Source of the DNA: a virus
Lineage: Duplodnaviria > Caudoviricetes
Direction: 5' to 3' (one strand)
IMG/VR virus record: IMGVR_UViG_3300044676_009542
Coordinates: 1 to 27,192 of that record
Length of the DNA: 27,192 nucleotides
This document shows, piece after piece, positions 9,107 through 17,001 of the stretch. A program made the position numbers and the translations under genes. The first letter of the stretch is position 1; every line of letters begins with the position of its first letter. The notes below the pieces were generated by a model that had not been told where the DNA came from, did no database searches, and worked only from the letters and a program-made list of their open reading frames with translations.

Positions 9107-9763
9107 ATGGCAGATTACACCTATCTTGTAAATGATCTGCTACAGGCTTGTGAAAATGATTCACAAGAGTTTACTGATTATATTCCAAATATGGTTAATA
9201 GGGCTGAAGAACGATTAACTCGTGACTTGGATGATTATGGTTTAGTTGTTTCAACATCTGTTGCTGTATCAGGAAGCACTGCAAATATTACACTTCCAAC
9301 AGGTACTCGTATAATTAAAAATATGAGTATTGAAAATAGTGGATCACGAATTAATTTATTGCTTCGCACTGACGAATATCTCTCATCTTACTGGCCTGTA
9401 AGTGCATCTACAGGTATACCTAAATATTATTCACGAATTACAGATACATCAATTAGAGTTGCTCCAACACCAAATGCAACTTATGGTGTAAGGTTTATGA
9501 CTGTTTCAAGACCTACAACATTAACTTCAGCAGCACCTGAAAATTATTTTACAAAGACTTGTTATGATGCTTTGTTTAATGGCTCAATGATTGAAGCAAT
9601 GGTATTTATGAAGAATTATTCTGCAATACCTTTATTTGAAGGTAGATATAAAGAAGCAGTTGAAACATTACGTAATCAAGCACGAAGAACACGTAGAGAT
9701 GACATGGAAGCACCAGCATCTCCTGCAGGTGCAGACAATACAGTTATTGCATATAGTAATTAA
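9107..9763 (+). CDS. Head-tail adaptor / tail tubular protein A-like (copy 1)
   Basis: Helical N-terminus (IPNMVNRAEERLTRDL), GIPKYY, IRVAPTP, DALFNGSMIEA pattern of podoviral adaptors; position after capsid. Confidence 0.65.
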   Translation: MADYTYLVNDLLQACENDSQEFTDYIPNMVNRAEERLTRDLDDYGLVVSTSVAVSGSTANITLPTGTRIIKNMSIENSGSRINLLLRTDEYLSSYWPVSASTGIPKYYSRITDTSIRVAPTPNATYGVRFMTVSRPTTLTSAAPENYFTKTCYDALFNGSMIEAMVFMKNYSAIPLFEGRYKEAVETLRNQARRTRRDDMEAPASPAGADNTVIAYSN

Positions 9764-9777
9764 TAGGAGATTAGATT

Positions 9778-10506
9778 ATGGCTAGAAAAAAGTTATTTAA
9801 CTTAATTAAAAAAGGTAAGGATGCACTTGTTGGAGATGCTCTTGATATGAAAAATGCTAGATTTCTTAAAGATAAATATCCAGATGATAAAATTCCAGCT
9901 AAAGAAATTCAAAAACATTTTGAAAAATTTGGAGAACGCTCAACTTTTAAATTCTTTGGGAATCGTGCTAAAACTCCACTAAAAAAGTCTAAAGAAAATA
10001 AAAGAAAAGAAATAAGTGCACCTATAAGAACTCCTACAGGAACTACTCGTGCACGTAAAGCTGCACCTAAAGATAAATCTAAATCTCAAATACGTAGTGA
10101 AACAAGTCGAGGTATGCGTGAACGTCCTGAAAAATCTTTTACAACTGTATTAGGTAGTTCTGCAAAAACAGGAGCTAGACCTGATCCTAAACGTATGAAA
10201 GAAGCAAAGAGACAATCTAATCTTCGTGAACCTAAATCAGAGTTTGAAAGTCGATTAGGTAAAACAGCTTCTCAAGGTGGAGTAGAAATACCTCAAAGAT
10301 TTTCTCCAGCTAAAGACCCTAGAATGACTCGTGATCAAATTAAAGATGCAATGAAATCAGGAACTAATCCTGAAAGTTTAACTGCAGAAGATTTAATGAG
10401 AGCATTTGAAAAAGGAAATACTGCTAAAAAATATATGGGTGGCACAATTCGTGGTGGTGGTAAAGCCATTCGTGGTTTTGGTAAAGCATTAAAGAGGAGT
10501 AACTAA
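9778..10506 (+). CDS. Lys/Arg-rich low-complexity protein (242 aa)
   Basis: AGGAG RBS; very basic; C-terminal KKYMGGTIRGGGKAIRGFGKA. Confidence 0.8.
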   Translation: MARKKLFNLIKKGKDALVGDALDMKNARFLKDKYPDDKIPAKEIQKHFEKFGERSTFKFFGNRAKTPLKKSKENKRKEISAPIRTPTGTTRARKAAPKDKSKSQIRSETSRGMRERPEKSFTTVLGSSAKTGARPDPKRMKEAKRQSNLREPKSEFESRLGKTASQGGVEIPQRFSPAKDPRMTRDQIKDAMKSGTNPESLTAEDLMRAFEKGNTAKKYMGGTIRGGGKAIRGFGKALKRSN

Positions 10507-10509
10507 ACT

Positions 10510-11022
10510 ATGTCAGCAAAAATTAAATTTGGTAAAAATCTGTTTGACATTGCTGCAGGTAGTAAAGGAAGGTCTAAAAAAATTGCTCGTAAAATGATAG
10601 CAAAAGATGCTGTAGGTGATGATATTTCAACTATGCAAAGTATTGGTGGAAAAAGAGCAGGATTAAATAGGGCTGCTAAAGCTGCTAGAAAAAGACAAGC
10701 TGAGATAAAAAAAGAATTAGAAAAATTAAAAGAATCTAATGAACAAATTTCAAAAAATACTTCTAGTTTAAAAAATGCAACAGATTCTAGTGATAGAACA
10801 ACTTTAATGAAAAAAGTTAATTCTAATATGAAAGCACAAAAAGAAAATACTGATAAAATTAAAAGATTAAAAGAAGAAAATAAACTTCTTGTAAATAAAA
10901 TTGAAGGTCCAAAAGGGCTTAAAGCTAGAGGTGCAATTAAAGGATTAAAAAAGAGTGGTAAAGTAGGAAAAAGAAAAGCAGGATGTAAAGCTGGACAAGG
11001 TAAAGCAATGAGAGGATTTTAA
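10510..11022 (+). CDS. Lys-rich coiled-coil protein (170 aa)
   Basis: GAGGAG RBS; basic; ends GQGKAMRGF, matching GGGKAIRGF in the preceding ORF. Confidence 0.8.
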   Translation: MSAKIKFGKNLFDIAAGSKGRSKKIARKMIAKDAVGDDISTMQSIGGKRAGLNRAAKAARKRQAEIKKELEKLKESNEQISKNTSSLKNATDSSDRTTLMKKVNSNMKAQKENTDKIKRLKEENKLLVNKIEGPKGLKARGAIKGLKKSGKVGKRKAGCKAGQGKAMRGF

Positions 11023-11024
11023 TT

Positions 11025-11129
11025 ATGTCATGTAAACATTGTGGTTGCGAATGTGAAACTTGTATTGATGTAAGCTGTAAATGTTCTTGTCATCAAACTA
11101 AAAAAGAGAATATAAATAATGGCAATTAA
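11025..11129 (+). CDS. Metallothionein-like Cys-rich peptide (34 aa, not in ORF track): MSCKHCGCECETCIDVSCKCSCHQTKKENINNGN
   Basis: Manual translation; 8 Cys and 2 His in residues 3-23; AGAGGA at 11011-11016; starts 2 nt after the previous stop and overlaps the next start. Confidence 0.7.
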   Translation: MSCKHCGCECETCIDVSCKCSCHQTKKENINNGN

Positions 11130-11307
11130 AAAAAGTAAATCAACTGTTAATAAAGCTGGTAATTATACTAAGCCTACAATGAGAAAGAATTTATTTAATA
11201 GAATTAAAGCTGGATCAAAAGGTGGTAATGCTGGTCAATGGTCAGCACGTAAAGCACAGATGCTTGCTAAACAATATAAAGCAAAAGGTGGAGGATATAG
11301 ATCATGA
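11119..11307 (+). CDS. Small basic protein, GQWSARKAQ family (recalled as DUF5872-related, N-terminal half)
   Basis: YTKPTMRK..IKAGSKGGNAGQWSARKAQMLAKQYKAKGGGY; family name from memory, unverified. Confidence 0.75.
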   Translation: MAIKKSKSTVNKAGNYTKPTMRKNLFNRIKAGSKGGNAGQWSARKAQMLAKQYKAKGGGYRS

Positions 11308-11378
11308 GTTGTACTTGTAAACATAAAATACAAGAATTTATAAGTAAAATTTATAATAAAATTAAAAGTATTTTTTAA
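11304..11378 (+). CDS. 24-aa amphipathic peptide (not in ORF track): MSCTCKHKIQEFISKIYNKIKSIF
   Basis: ATGA overlap with the previous ORF, GGAGG at 11290-11294, ends 5 nt before the next ATG. Confidence 0.55.
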   Translation: MSCTCKHKIQEFISKIYNKIKSIF

Positions 11379-11383
11379 ATATA

Positions 11384-11929
11384 ATGCATGTTATTGAAAA
11401 AGATATTAGAAAATGGTCAAAAGAAGTTTTAGAAATTCCATCAAAAGAATTAAATAATCTACCTGCTTGTCCATATGCTAAACAAGTTTGGAAAAATAAA
11501 ACATATAAGTTTGATATAAATGATAAGTTTAATACTTTAAAGGATTGTGTTAATAAATTTGTAAATGGAAACTATAATAAGTATCAAATTGTTATCTGGA
11601 CTTCTTATGAATACCCTGATAGCCAACAATACTTTGAAGGATACTTAGAAGGATATAATGAAAGTTTAGCAATAGCAGGAAAGGATATTTACCTAATGGG
11701 ATTTCATCCTGACTTTGATGCAGAAGAAGCTAACCTTGCATTTTTAAATCGAGAATACGATCAAGAAGAAGAAAATGAATATGCGATGGTGTTTGTTCAA
11801 AAGTTATCAGAAGTTAACCAAGCATCAAAAGATTTAGAAAAAAAGGGTTATTATAAAAATTTCCCTGTTGAAATATATAACTCATTAATTTTAGATAGAA
11901 GGAGATTACAAAATGGCTATGAATCCTAA
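11384..11929 (+). CDS. Hypothetical protein, DUF1415-like
   Basis: LNNLPACPYAK and MGFHPD resemble the LCPFA and FHP motifs of DUF1415; the only globular non-basic ORF in the cluster. Confidence 0.55.
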   Translation: MHVIEKDIRKWSKEVLEIPSKELNNLPACPYAKQVWKNKTYKFDINDKFNTLKDCVNKFVNGNYNKYQIVIWTSYEYPDSQQYFEGYLEGYNESLAIAGKDIYLMGFHPDFDAEEANLAFLNREYDQEEENEYAMVFVQKLSEVNQASKDLEKKGYYKNFPVEIYNSLILDRRRLQNGYES

Positions 11930-12050
11930 AAAGAAAAAAATGCGTGGTGCTAAAAAAATGCGTGGCGGTGGCAGCATGATGATTATTAAAAAGAAGATGC
12001 GTGGTGGCACTATGAAAAAGAAAATGCGTGGTGGTAAAGTAAAGAAGTAA
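11913..12050 (+). CDS. Protamine-like microprotein (45 aa, not in ORF track): MAMNPKKKKMRGAKKMRGGGSMMIIKKKMRGGTMKKKMRGGKVKK
   Basis: Manual translation; AAGGAG at 11899-11904; four KKMRG(G/A) repeats; 19 of 45 residues K or R, no acidic residues. Confidence 0.8.
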   Translation: MAMNPKKKKMRGAKKMRGGGSMMIIKKKMRGGTMKKKMRGGKVKK

Positions 12051-12078
12051 TAGTTTAAAATAAGGAGACTATAAAATT

Positions 12079-12210
12079 ATGTCTAAGTTAAAAGCTTTAA
12101 AAAAAATTTCAAAAGCTTTATATGGTGAAAAAGGTAAAAAACCAAATAAAGCTTTAGCAAAAAAAAGAGCAGCAAATAAAAAGATGCGTGGCGGTAAAGT
12201 AAAAAAGTAA
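12079..12210 (+). CDS. Basic microprotein (43 aa, not in ORF track): MSKLKALKKISKALYGEKGKKPNKALAKKRAANKKMRGGKVKK
   Basis: TAAGGAG at 12061-12067; TAATG overlap with the next ORF; C-terminal KKMRGGKVKK identical to the previous ORF. Confidence 0.8.
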   Translation: MSKLKALKKISKALYGEKGKKPNKALAKKRAANKKMRGGKVKK

Positions 12211-12515
12211 TGGCACGAAAAGACCCAAAGACAGGGACAGGTAAAAAACCTAAAGGTTCTGGTAGACGATTATATACTGATGAAAATCCTAAAGATACTG
12301 TTAGTATTAAATATGCTACACCTGCTGATGCAAGGGCAACGGCTGCTAAAGTAAAACGTATTAACAAACCTTATGCTAGAAAAATACAAATACTAACAGT
12401 TATGGAGCAAAGAAGTAAGTTTGCAAATAAACCAAAGCAAGCTCAAATAGCTCGTAAAGCTAAAGAGGTGTTAAAGAAAAAACATGGCACTAAAAAAACC
12501 ACAAAGAAGTCTTAA
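12210..12515 (+). CDS. Small basic protein (LYTDENPKDT family)
   Basis: 101 aa; LYTDENPKDTVSIKY and KIQILTVMEQR core between Lys-rich ends; coupled start. Confidence 0.75.
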   Translation: MARKDPKTGTGKKPKGSGRRLYTDENPKDTVSIKYATPADARATAAKVKRINKPYARKIQILTVMEQRSKFANKPKQAQIARKAKEVLKKKHGTKKTTKKS

Positions 12516-12729
12516 ATCTTGGGGTAGACAAAAATGGAAAACCTCAGATGGTAGTCCTAGTAAAGGTAAAAAAAGATATTTACCTGCTGCTGCATGGAAA
12601 TCTTTAAGTAAAAGTGAAAAAGCTGCTACTAATAGAGCTAAAGCTAAAGGAAATAAACAAGGCAAACAGTTTGTTAGACAACCTAAAAAGATTGCTAAGA
12701 AAGTTCGTAAGTATAGAAAGGTTACATAA
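12484..12729 (+). CDS. Small basic protein (QRSLKxW...RYLP family; apparent C-terminal partner of 11119-11307)
   Basis: QRSLKSWGRQKWKT, RYLPAAAWKSLS, GKQFVRQP; GAGG upstream; TAATG overlap with the next ORF. Confidence 0.75.
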   Translation: MALKKPQRSLKSWGRQKWKTSDGSPSKGKKRYLPAAAWKSLSKSEKAATNRAKAKGNKQGKQFVRQPKKIAKKVRKYRKVT

Positions 12730-13025
12730 TGGCTGCTAAACGTAAAGGTAAGGGAATGAAAGGCATGACTATTGGTAGTGGTGATAAACGCCCTACTAAG
12801 TCAGGTGCAGGTTTAACTGCAAAAGGTGTAGCTAAATATCGTAGACAAAATCCCGGAAGTAAACTTAAAACTGCAGTTACAGAAAAAAATCCAACAGGTA
12901 AAAATGCAAAACGTAGAAAAAGTTTTTGTGCACGATCTGCAGGACAAATGAAAAAGTTTCCTAAAGCTGCAAAAAATCCTAACAGCCGTTTACGTCAGGC
13001 TAGAAAAAGATGGAGATGTAGATGA
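12729..13025 (+). CDS. Small basic protein (RRKSFCAR family, recalled as DUF6321-like)
   Basis: GLTAKG, RRKSFCARS, PNSRL...RWRC; family name from memory, unverified. Confidence 0.75.
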   Translation: MAAKRKGKGMKGMTIGSGDKRPTKSGAGLTAKGVAKYRRQNPGSKLKTAVTEKNPTGKNAKRRKSFCARSAGQMKKFPKAAKNPNSRLRQARKRWRCR

Positions 13026-13135
13026 CAATTTCTCGTTCTAGTATTCCAATGCAGATTAGTCGTGGACCTATGAAGAAAAAAAATGCTAAGAAAAAGTTAG
13101 TTAAGAAAACTAAAAAGCGTAAACAAAAAGGGTAA
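13022..13135 (+). CDS. Basic microprotein with capsid-like N-terminus (37 aa, not in ORF track): MTISRSSIPMQISRGPMKKKNAKKKLVKKTKKRKQKG
   Basis: ATGA overlap, GGAG at 13012-13015, ends 6 nt before the next ATG. Confidence 0.75.
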   Translation: MTISRSSIPMQISRGPMKKKNAKKKLVKKTKKRKQKG

Positions 13136-13141
13136 ATAATA

Positions 13142-13816
13142 ATGGCAACTAGTGATACATATACATTTAATCTTGATGTAGACTCAATTATTCAAGAAGC
13201 TTCAGAATACTTAGGTGGTGAAGTAACACTAGGTCAGGAAGTAGAATCTGCTAAACGATCTATGAACTTAATGCTAACTGATTGGCAGAATAGAAATATT
13301 AATCTATGGACAGTAGCAACAACTGCTGTATCTCTTACAGTATCTGTAACTTCTTTTGATTTAGATAGTTCAAACTTAGATGTTCTTAATGCAGTCTTAC
13401 GTAGAGATAATAAAGATTTAGGTATGACTCGCATATCAATGGAAGAATATCTTCAAATTAATAATAAAGGACAAGTAGGCAGACCTTCTCAGTTTGCATT
13501 ACGTAGAGGAAGAGATAAACCTTCAATACATATTTATCCTATACCTGAAAACTCTACAGATCAGATTAAGTTTGAAGCTATCAGAAAAATTCAAGATGTA
13601 TCAAAAACTGCAGTTGAGAATGTAGATATTCCTACACGCTTTTTACCTTGTATGGCTATGGGTTTAGCTTACTATATGGGAATTAAAAGACCTAATGTTC
13701 CTGCAGATCGTCTTACATTTTTGAAAGCAAACTATGAAGAGTTACTTAATGCAGCACAGCTTGAAGATAGAGAACGTACAAGTTTGTTTGTAAAACCTAA
13801 ATTGTCTATAGTATAA
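13142..13816 (+). CDS. Head-tail adaptor, P22 gp4-like (copy 2)
   Basis: IIQEA..LG, AKRSMNLMLTDWQN, GRPSQF, IYPIP, DIPTRFLPCMAMGLAYY pattern of gp4-like adaptors. Confidence 0.65.
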   Translation: MATSDTYTFNLDVDSIIQEASEYLGGEVTLGQEVESAKRSMNLMLTDWQNRNINLWTVATTAVSLTVSVTSFDLDSSNLDVLNAVLRRDNKDLGMTRISMEEYLQINNKGQVGRPSQFALRRGRDKPSIHIYPIPENSTDQIKFEAIRKIQDVSKTAVENVDIPTRFLPCMAMGLAYYMGIKRPNVPADRLTFLKANYEELLNAAQLEDRERTSLFVKPKLSIV

Positions 13817-14097
13817 TGTCTAGTAATAAAAATCCATATGGTATTTGTGATACATGCGGTTTTAGATATAAACTTCGTGAGTTAAGAAGAGATACAGCTG
13901 GTAACTTAGTATGTCCTACAGACTTTGATGGAAGATTTGATGCAATTGATCATCCTCAGAATTTTACAGCTAATTTAAGGGATGATGAAACTATTAGAAA
14001 TCCACGACCTGAACCGCTAAATGCTGGACGAAATATTGAATGGCAAAATGCAAGTACTAACTGGAATGAAACAACTCAAGAATGGCAAAAAATATAA
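13816..14097 (+). CDS. Small Zn-ribbon-like virion-module protein
   Basis: ICDTCGFRY...LVCPTD (CxxC...CxxD), HPQ and NPRPE; TAATG coupling. Confidence 0.65.
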   Translation: MSSNKNPYGICDTCGFRYKLRELRRDTAGNLVCPTDFDGRFDAIDHPQNFTANLRDDETIRNPRPEPLNAGRNIEWQNASTNWNETTQEWQKI

Positions 14098-14106
14098 GGA
14101 GTTATA

Positions 14107-16260
14107 ATGTCAACACTTAGTGGAAGAACTATTGCGAATACTTATAAAGATTTGCTAAAGATTGAGAATAGTGGTGATGGTTTAGATGCCACTTTACGGA
14201 ATGTTCAAGATGGATCAGGTACTAATACTGGACTTGAAATTTCTAATCAAGCAGTTAATGTAAGCGGTACATTTAAACTTAATGGGGTTACACTTTCTGC
14301 TACTGCCTCTGCATTAAATGCTATTACAGATTTAACTGCAGTTGCAGGACTAGTTGCTGTTAGTGGTACAGACCTTTTTGGAAGAACTTTAGCAGCTGGT
14401 ACTGGAGTTTCTATTACAAATGCTAATGGAACAGAGGGTAATCCTACAATTGCTTTGAATCCAAGTGGTGTTGTTTCTGGAACATTTGGACCTGTAACTA
14501 ATATTGTAGTAAATTCAGTTGGACAAGTTACATCTATATCAGTTCCTGCAAGTATTTCTGTAGCTGAAGTTAAAGGTTCAACCTTTACTGCAGAAACTGT
14601 TAATATAGATTCAAGATTAAGTGTAACAGGAGTTACAAATCTTAGAGGTGTTACCTCAATCACAGACCTTAATTCTCCGGGAGCAACCTTTTCAGCTATT
14701 GTTTCAGGAACTGCTGCTGTATTCTCAGGAACAGTATCAGCTAATGCATTTGTAGGAGATGGATCAGGTTTAACAAATGTACCATCAGCTGAAGGTGGAA
14801 CTGTTAAAACAATTACAGCAGGTACTGGTGTTTCTATTACAGTAAATGGTGCATCAGCAGCATCAATGACTGTAAGTGGAACAGTATTATTAGATGCTAA
14901 TCAAACTTTTGGAATTGTATCTGCTACTACGCTTGATGCAGATACCCTTCTTGTTGCAGGAGTAGCAGCTGCTAATGTAACTCAATTAGCTGCAGTATCA
15001 GCTACAATGGCAACAAGTATTGCTAATAGAACATCTGCTATTACTTCAGTTAATTCTGTAATTACAGCTTTATCAGCTACTATGGCTACTAGTATAGGTA
15101 ATAGAACATCTGCTATCACAGCTTTATCAGCTACAATGGCAACAAGTATTAATACTGCAAATACTAGAATTACATCTGTTAGTGACTATGCTGTAGCATT
15201 ATCAGCTACAATGGCTACTAGTATTGGTAATCGAACATCTGCTATTACTTCAGTTAATTCCGTAATTACAGCTTTATCAGCTACTATGGCTACAAGTATA
15301 GGTAATAGAACATCGGCTATTACTGCACTATCAGCTACAATGGCTACAAGTATTAACAATAGAACTGCAGCTATAACATCTGTTAATTCTGTTATTACTG
15401 CTTTATCAGCTACAATGGCTACTAGCATAGGTAATAGAACCTCTGCTATTACAGCTTTATCAGCTACTATGGCAACAAGTATTGCTACTGCAAATACTAG
15501 AATTACATCTGTTAGTGATTATGCTGTAGCATTATCTGCGACATTAGCTACTAGCATAGGTAATAGAACTTCTGCTATAACATCTGTTAATTCTGTTATT
15601 ACTGCTTTGTCAGCAACTATGGCAACAAGTATAGGTAATAGAACGTCAGCCATTACAGCATTATCTGCAACAATGGCAACAAGTATCAATACTGCAAATA
15701 CTAGAATTACATCTGTTAGTGATTATGCTGTAGCATTATCTGCGACAATGGCTACTAGTATTGGTAATCGAACTTCAGCAATTACAGCTTTATCAGCTAC
15801 TATGGCAACAAGTATTGCTACTAGACTACCTCTTGCAGGTGGAACTATTACAGGAACTGTATCTGCACAGTCACTATATGTAAGTGCATTAGGAGCAAAT
15901 ACTACAGCTACAATGGGTAAACGTATAAGAATGGATGGTGCAGCTGTAGCTGATCTTGTATCTCTTACAGATGGGACAAGTATTGATGTTGATTTTAATA
16001 CATCACAAAATTTTATTGTACAACTAGGTGGTAACAGAACATTAGCTGCTCCAACAAATTGTGTTGCAGGACAGGTAGGAAGTATTATTGTTATTCAAGA
16101 TGGAACAGGAAGTAGAACATTAAGTTATGCAAGTAACTGGAAATTCCCCGGTGGTACAGCACCTACATTAACTACAGGTGCAGGACTAATTGATAGAATA
16201 GATTACATAGTCTATACCTCAACTGCTGTTCAAGCAATTGCAACATTAGATATAAAATAA
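14107..16260 (+). CDS. Tail fibre protein with long coiled-coil repeat stalk
   Basis: 717 aa Ala/Thr/Ser/Gly-rich; GDGSGLTNV fibre motif; 13 SAT(M/L)ATSI repeats; C-terminal QDGTGSRTL domain. Confidence 0.8.
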   Translation: MSTLSGRTIANTYKDLLKIENSGDGLDATLRNVQDGSGTNTGLEISNQAVNVSGTFKLNGVTLSATASALNAITDLTAVAGLVAVSGTDLFGRTLAAGTGVSITNANGTEGNPTIALNPSGVVSGTFGPVTNIVVNSVGQVTSISVPASISVAEVKGSTFTAETVNIDSRLSVTGVTNLRGVTSITDLNSPGATFSAIVSGTAAVFSGTVSANAFVGDGSGLTNVPSAEGGTVKTITAGTGVSITVNGASAASMTVSGTVLLDANQTFGIVSATTLDADTLLVAGVAAANVTQLAAVSATMATSIANRTSAITSVNSVITALSATMATSIGNRTSAITALSATMATSINTANTRITSVSDYAVALSATMATSIGNRTSAITSVNSVITALSATMATSIGNRTSAITALSATMATSINNRTAAITSVNSVITALSATMATSIGNRTSAITALSATMATSIATANTRITSVSDYAVALSATLATSIGNRTSAITSVNSVITALSATMATSIGNRTSAITALSATMATSINTANTRITSVSDYAVALSATMATSIGNRTSAITALSATMATSIATRLPLAGGTITGTVSAQSLYVSALGANTTATMGKRIRMDGAAVADLVSLTDGTSIDVDFNTSQNFIVQLGGNRTLAAPTNCVAGQVGSIIVIQDGTGSRTLSYASNWKFPGGTAPTLTTGAGLIDRIDYIVYTSTAVQAIATLDIK
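14989..15816 (+). repeat. Coding tandem repeat, 13 copies, 54-nt and 75-nt units
   Basis: Core xALSATMATSI (11 aa) followed by one or two 7-aa modules (GNRTSAI, TSVNSVI, NTANTRI, TSVSDYA); wobble positions vary between copies. Confidence 0.95.
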
Positions 16261-16272
16261 GGATAATAATAA

Positions 16273-16977
16273 ATGTTTCAAAATAATTTACTAGCAGCTG
16301 CAGCAAGCCAAGGTGGTGGATCTGCTGCGACAGTTGCTTATACAGATAACAAGGTTAGTGCAGCAGCATCCACTGCAGTTAGAACTTTTACAGGTGTAAA
16401 TATTGGAACAGCAAGTGATGACAGAGTTGTCATAGTCGCAATTGGAACTGGTGGCGGTGGCGGTGGATCGGACGATGCAAGCAGTGTAACAGTTGGTGGA
16501 ACTTCTCTTACCAAACAATTTTCAAGGCTTCATACCGATCATGTAATTGGTCAATTCTGGGCTGGAACAATTACCAGTGGTACTTCAGCAACAATTGTCG
16601 TTACTTGGGCTAGAGCAGCTAATGCCACTGGAATTGGTGTATGGGCAACTACTGGCTTAGATATTAGTGGTGGGACAACTGATGATGGATCAGCGGTGTT
16701 ATCTAGTTCTTCTGCTGATATGAGTGCAGATTTAGATATTTCTGCTGGTGGTATTGCTCTTGGGTACTGTTTTAATACGGCTGCGGAAGATGTTAATCCT
16801 ACCTACTCGTTTACGAATCTTACTACAAACTTTAACTCAGCAGTTGACTATGCAAGAAGCCAAGGCGGTGGATCAGCAGAATTTGCAACTGCACAAAGTG
16901 GTTTAACTTTAACTGCTTCAACAAATGCGATAAACCAGCTTGGCGTTGGAATTTTTGCATCATGGCCACCAAGTTAA
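16273..16977 (+). CDS. Putative fibre-tip / receptor-binding protein
   Basis: Directly follows the fibre; short N-terminal MFQNNLLAAAA plus Gly linker, then a beta-rich domain with a poly-Gly loop. Confidence 0.5.
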   Translation: MFQNNLLAAAASQGGGSAATVAYTDNKVSAAASTAVRTFTGVNIGTASDDRVVIVAIGTGGGGGGSDDASSVTVGGTSLTKQFSRLHTDHVIGQFWAGTITSGTSATIVVTWARAANATGIGVWATTGLDISGGTTDDGSAVLSSSSADMSADLDISAGGIALGYCFNTAAEDVNPTYSFTNLTTNFNSAVDYARSQGGGSAEFATAQSGLTLTASTNAINQLGVGIFASWPPS

Positions 16978-17001
16978 TAGAAAATTAAAAAGAGTAATAA
17001 T

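Noticed and set aside
11934-12207. AA(A/G)ATGCGTGG DNA repeats as a mini-CRISPR or operator array
   Set aside because: All five copies are in frame as KMRG within two ORFs with RBSs, and spacing is irregular; best explained at protein level
14989-15816. Repeats as a CRISPR array or DGR template
   Set aside because: In-frame coding repeats with wobble variation, no unique spacers, and no cas or reverse transcriptase gene in the window
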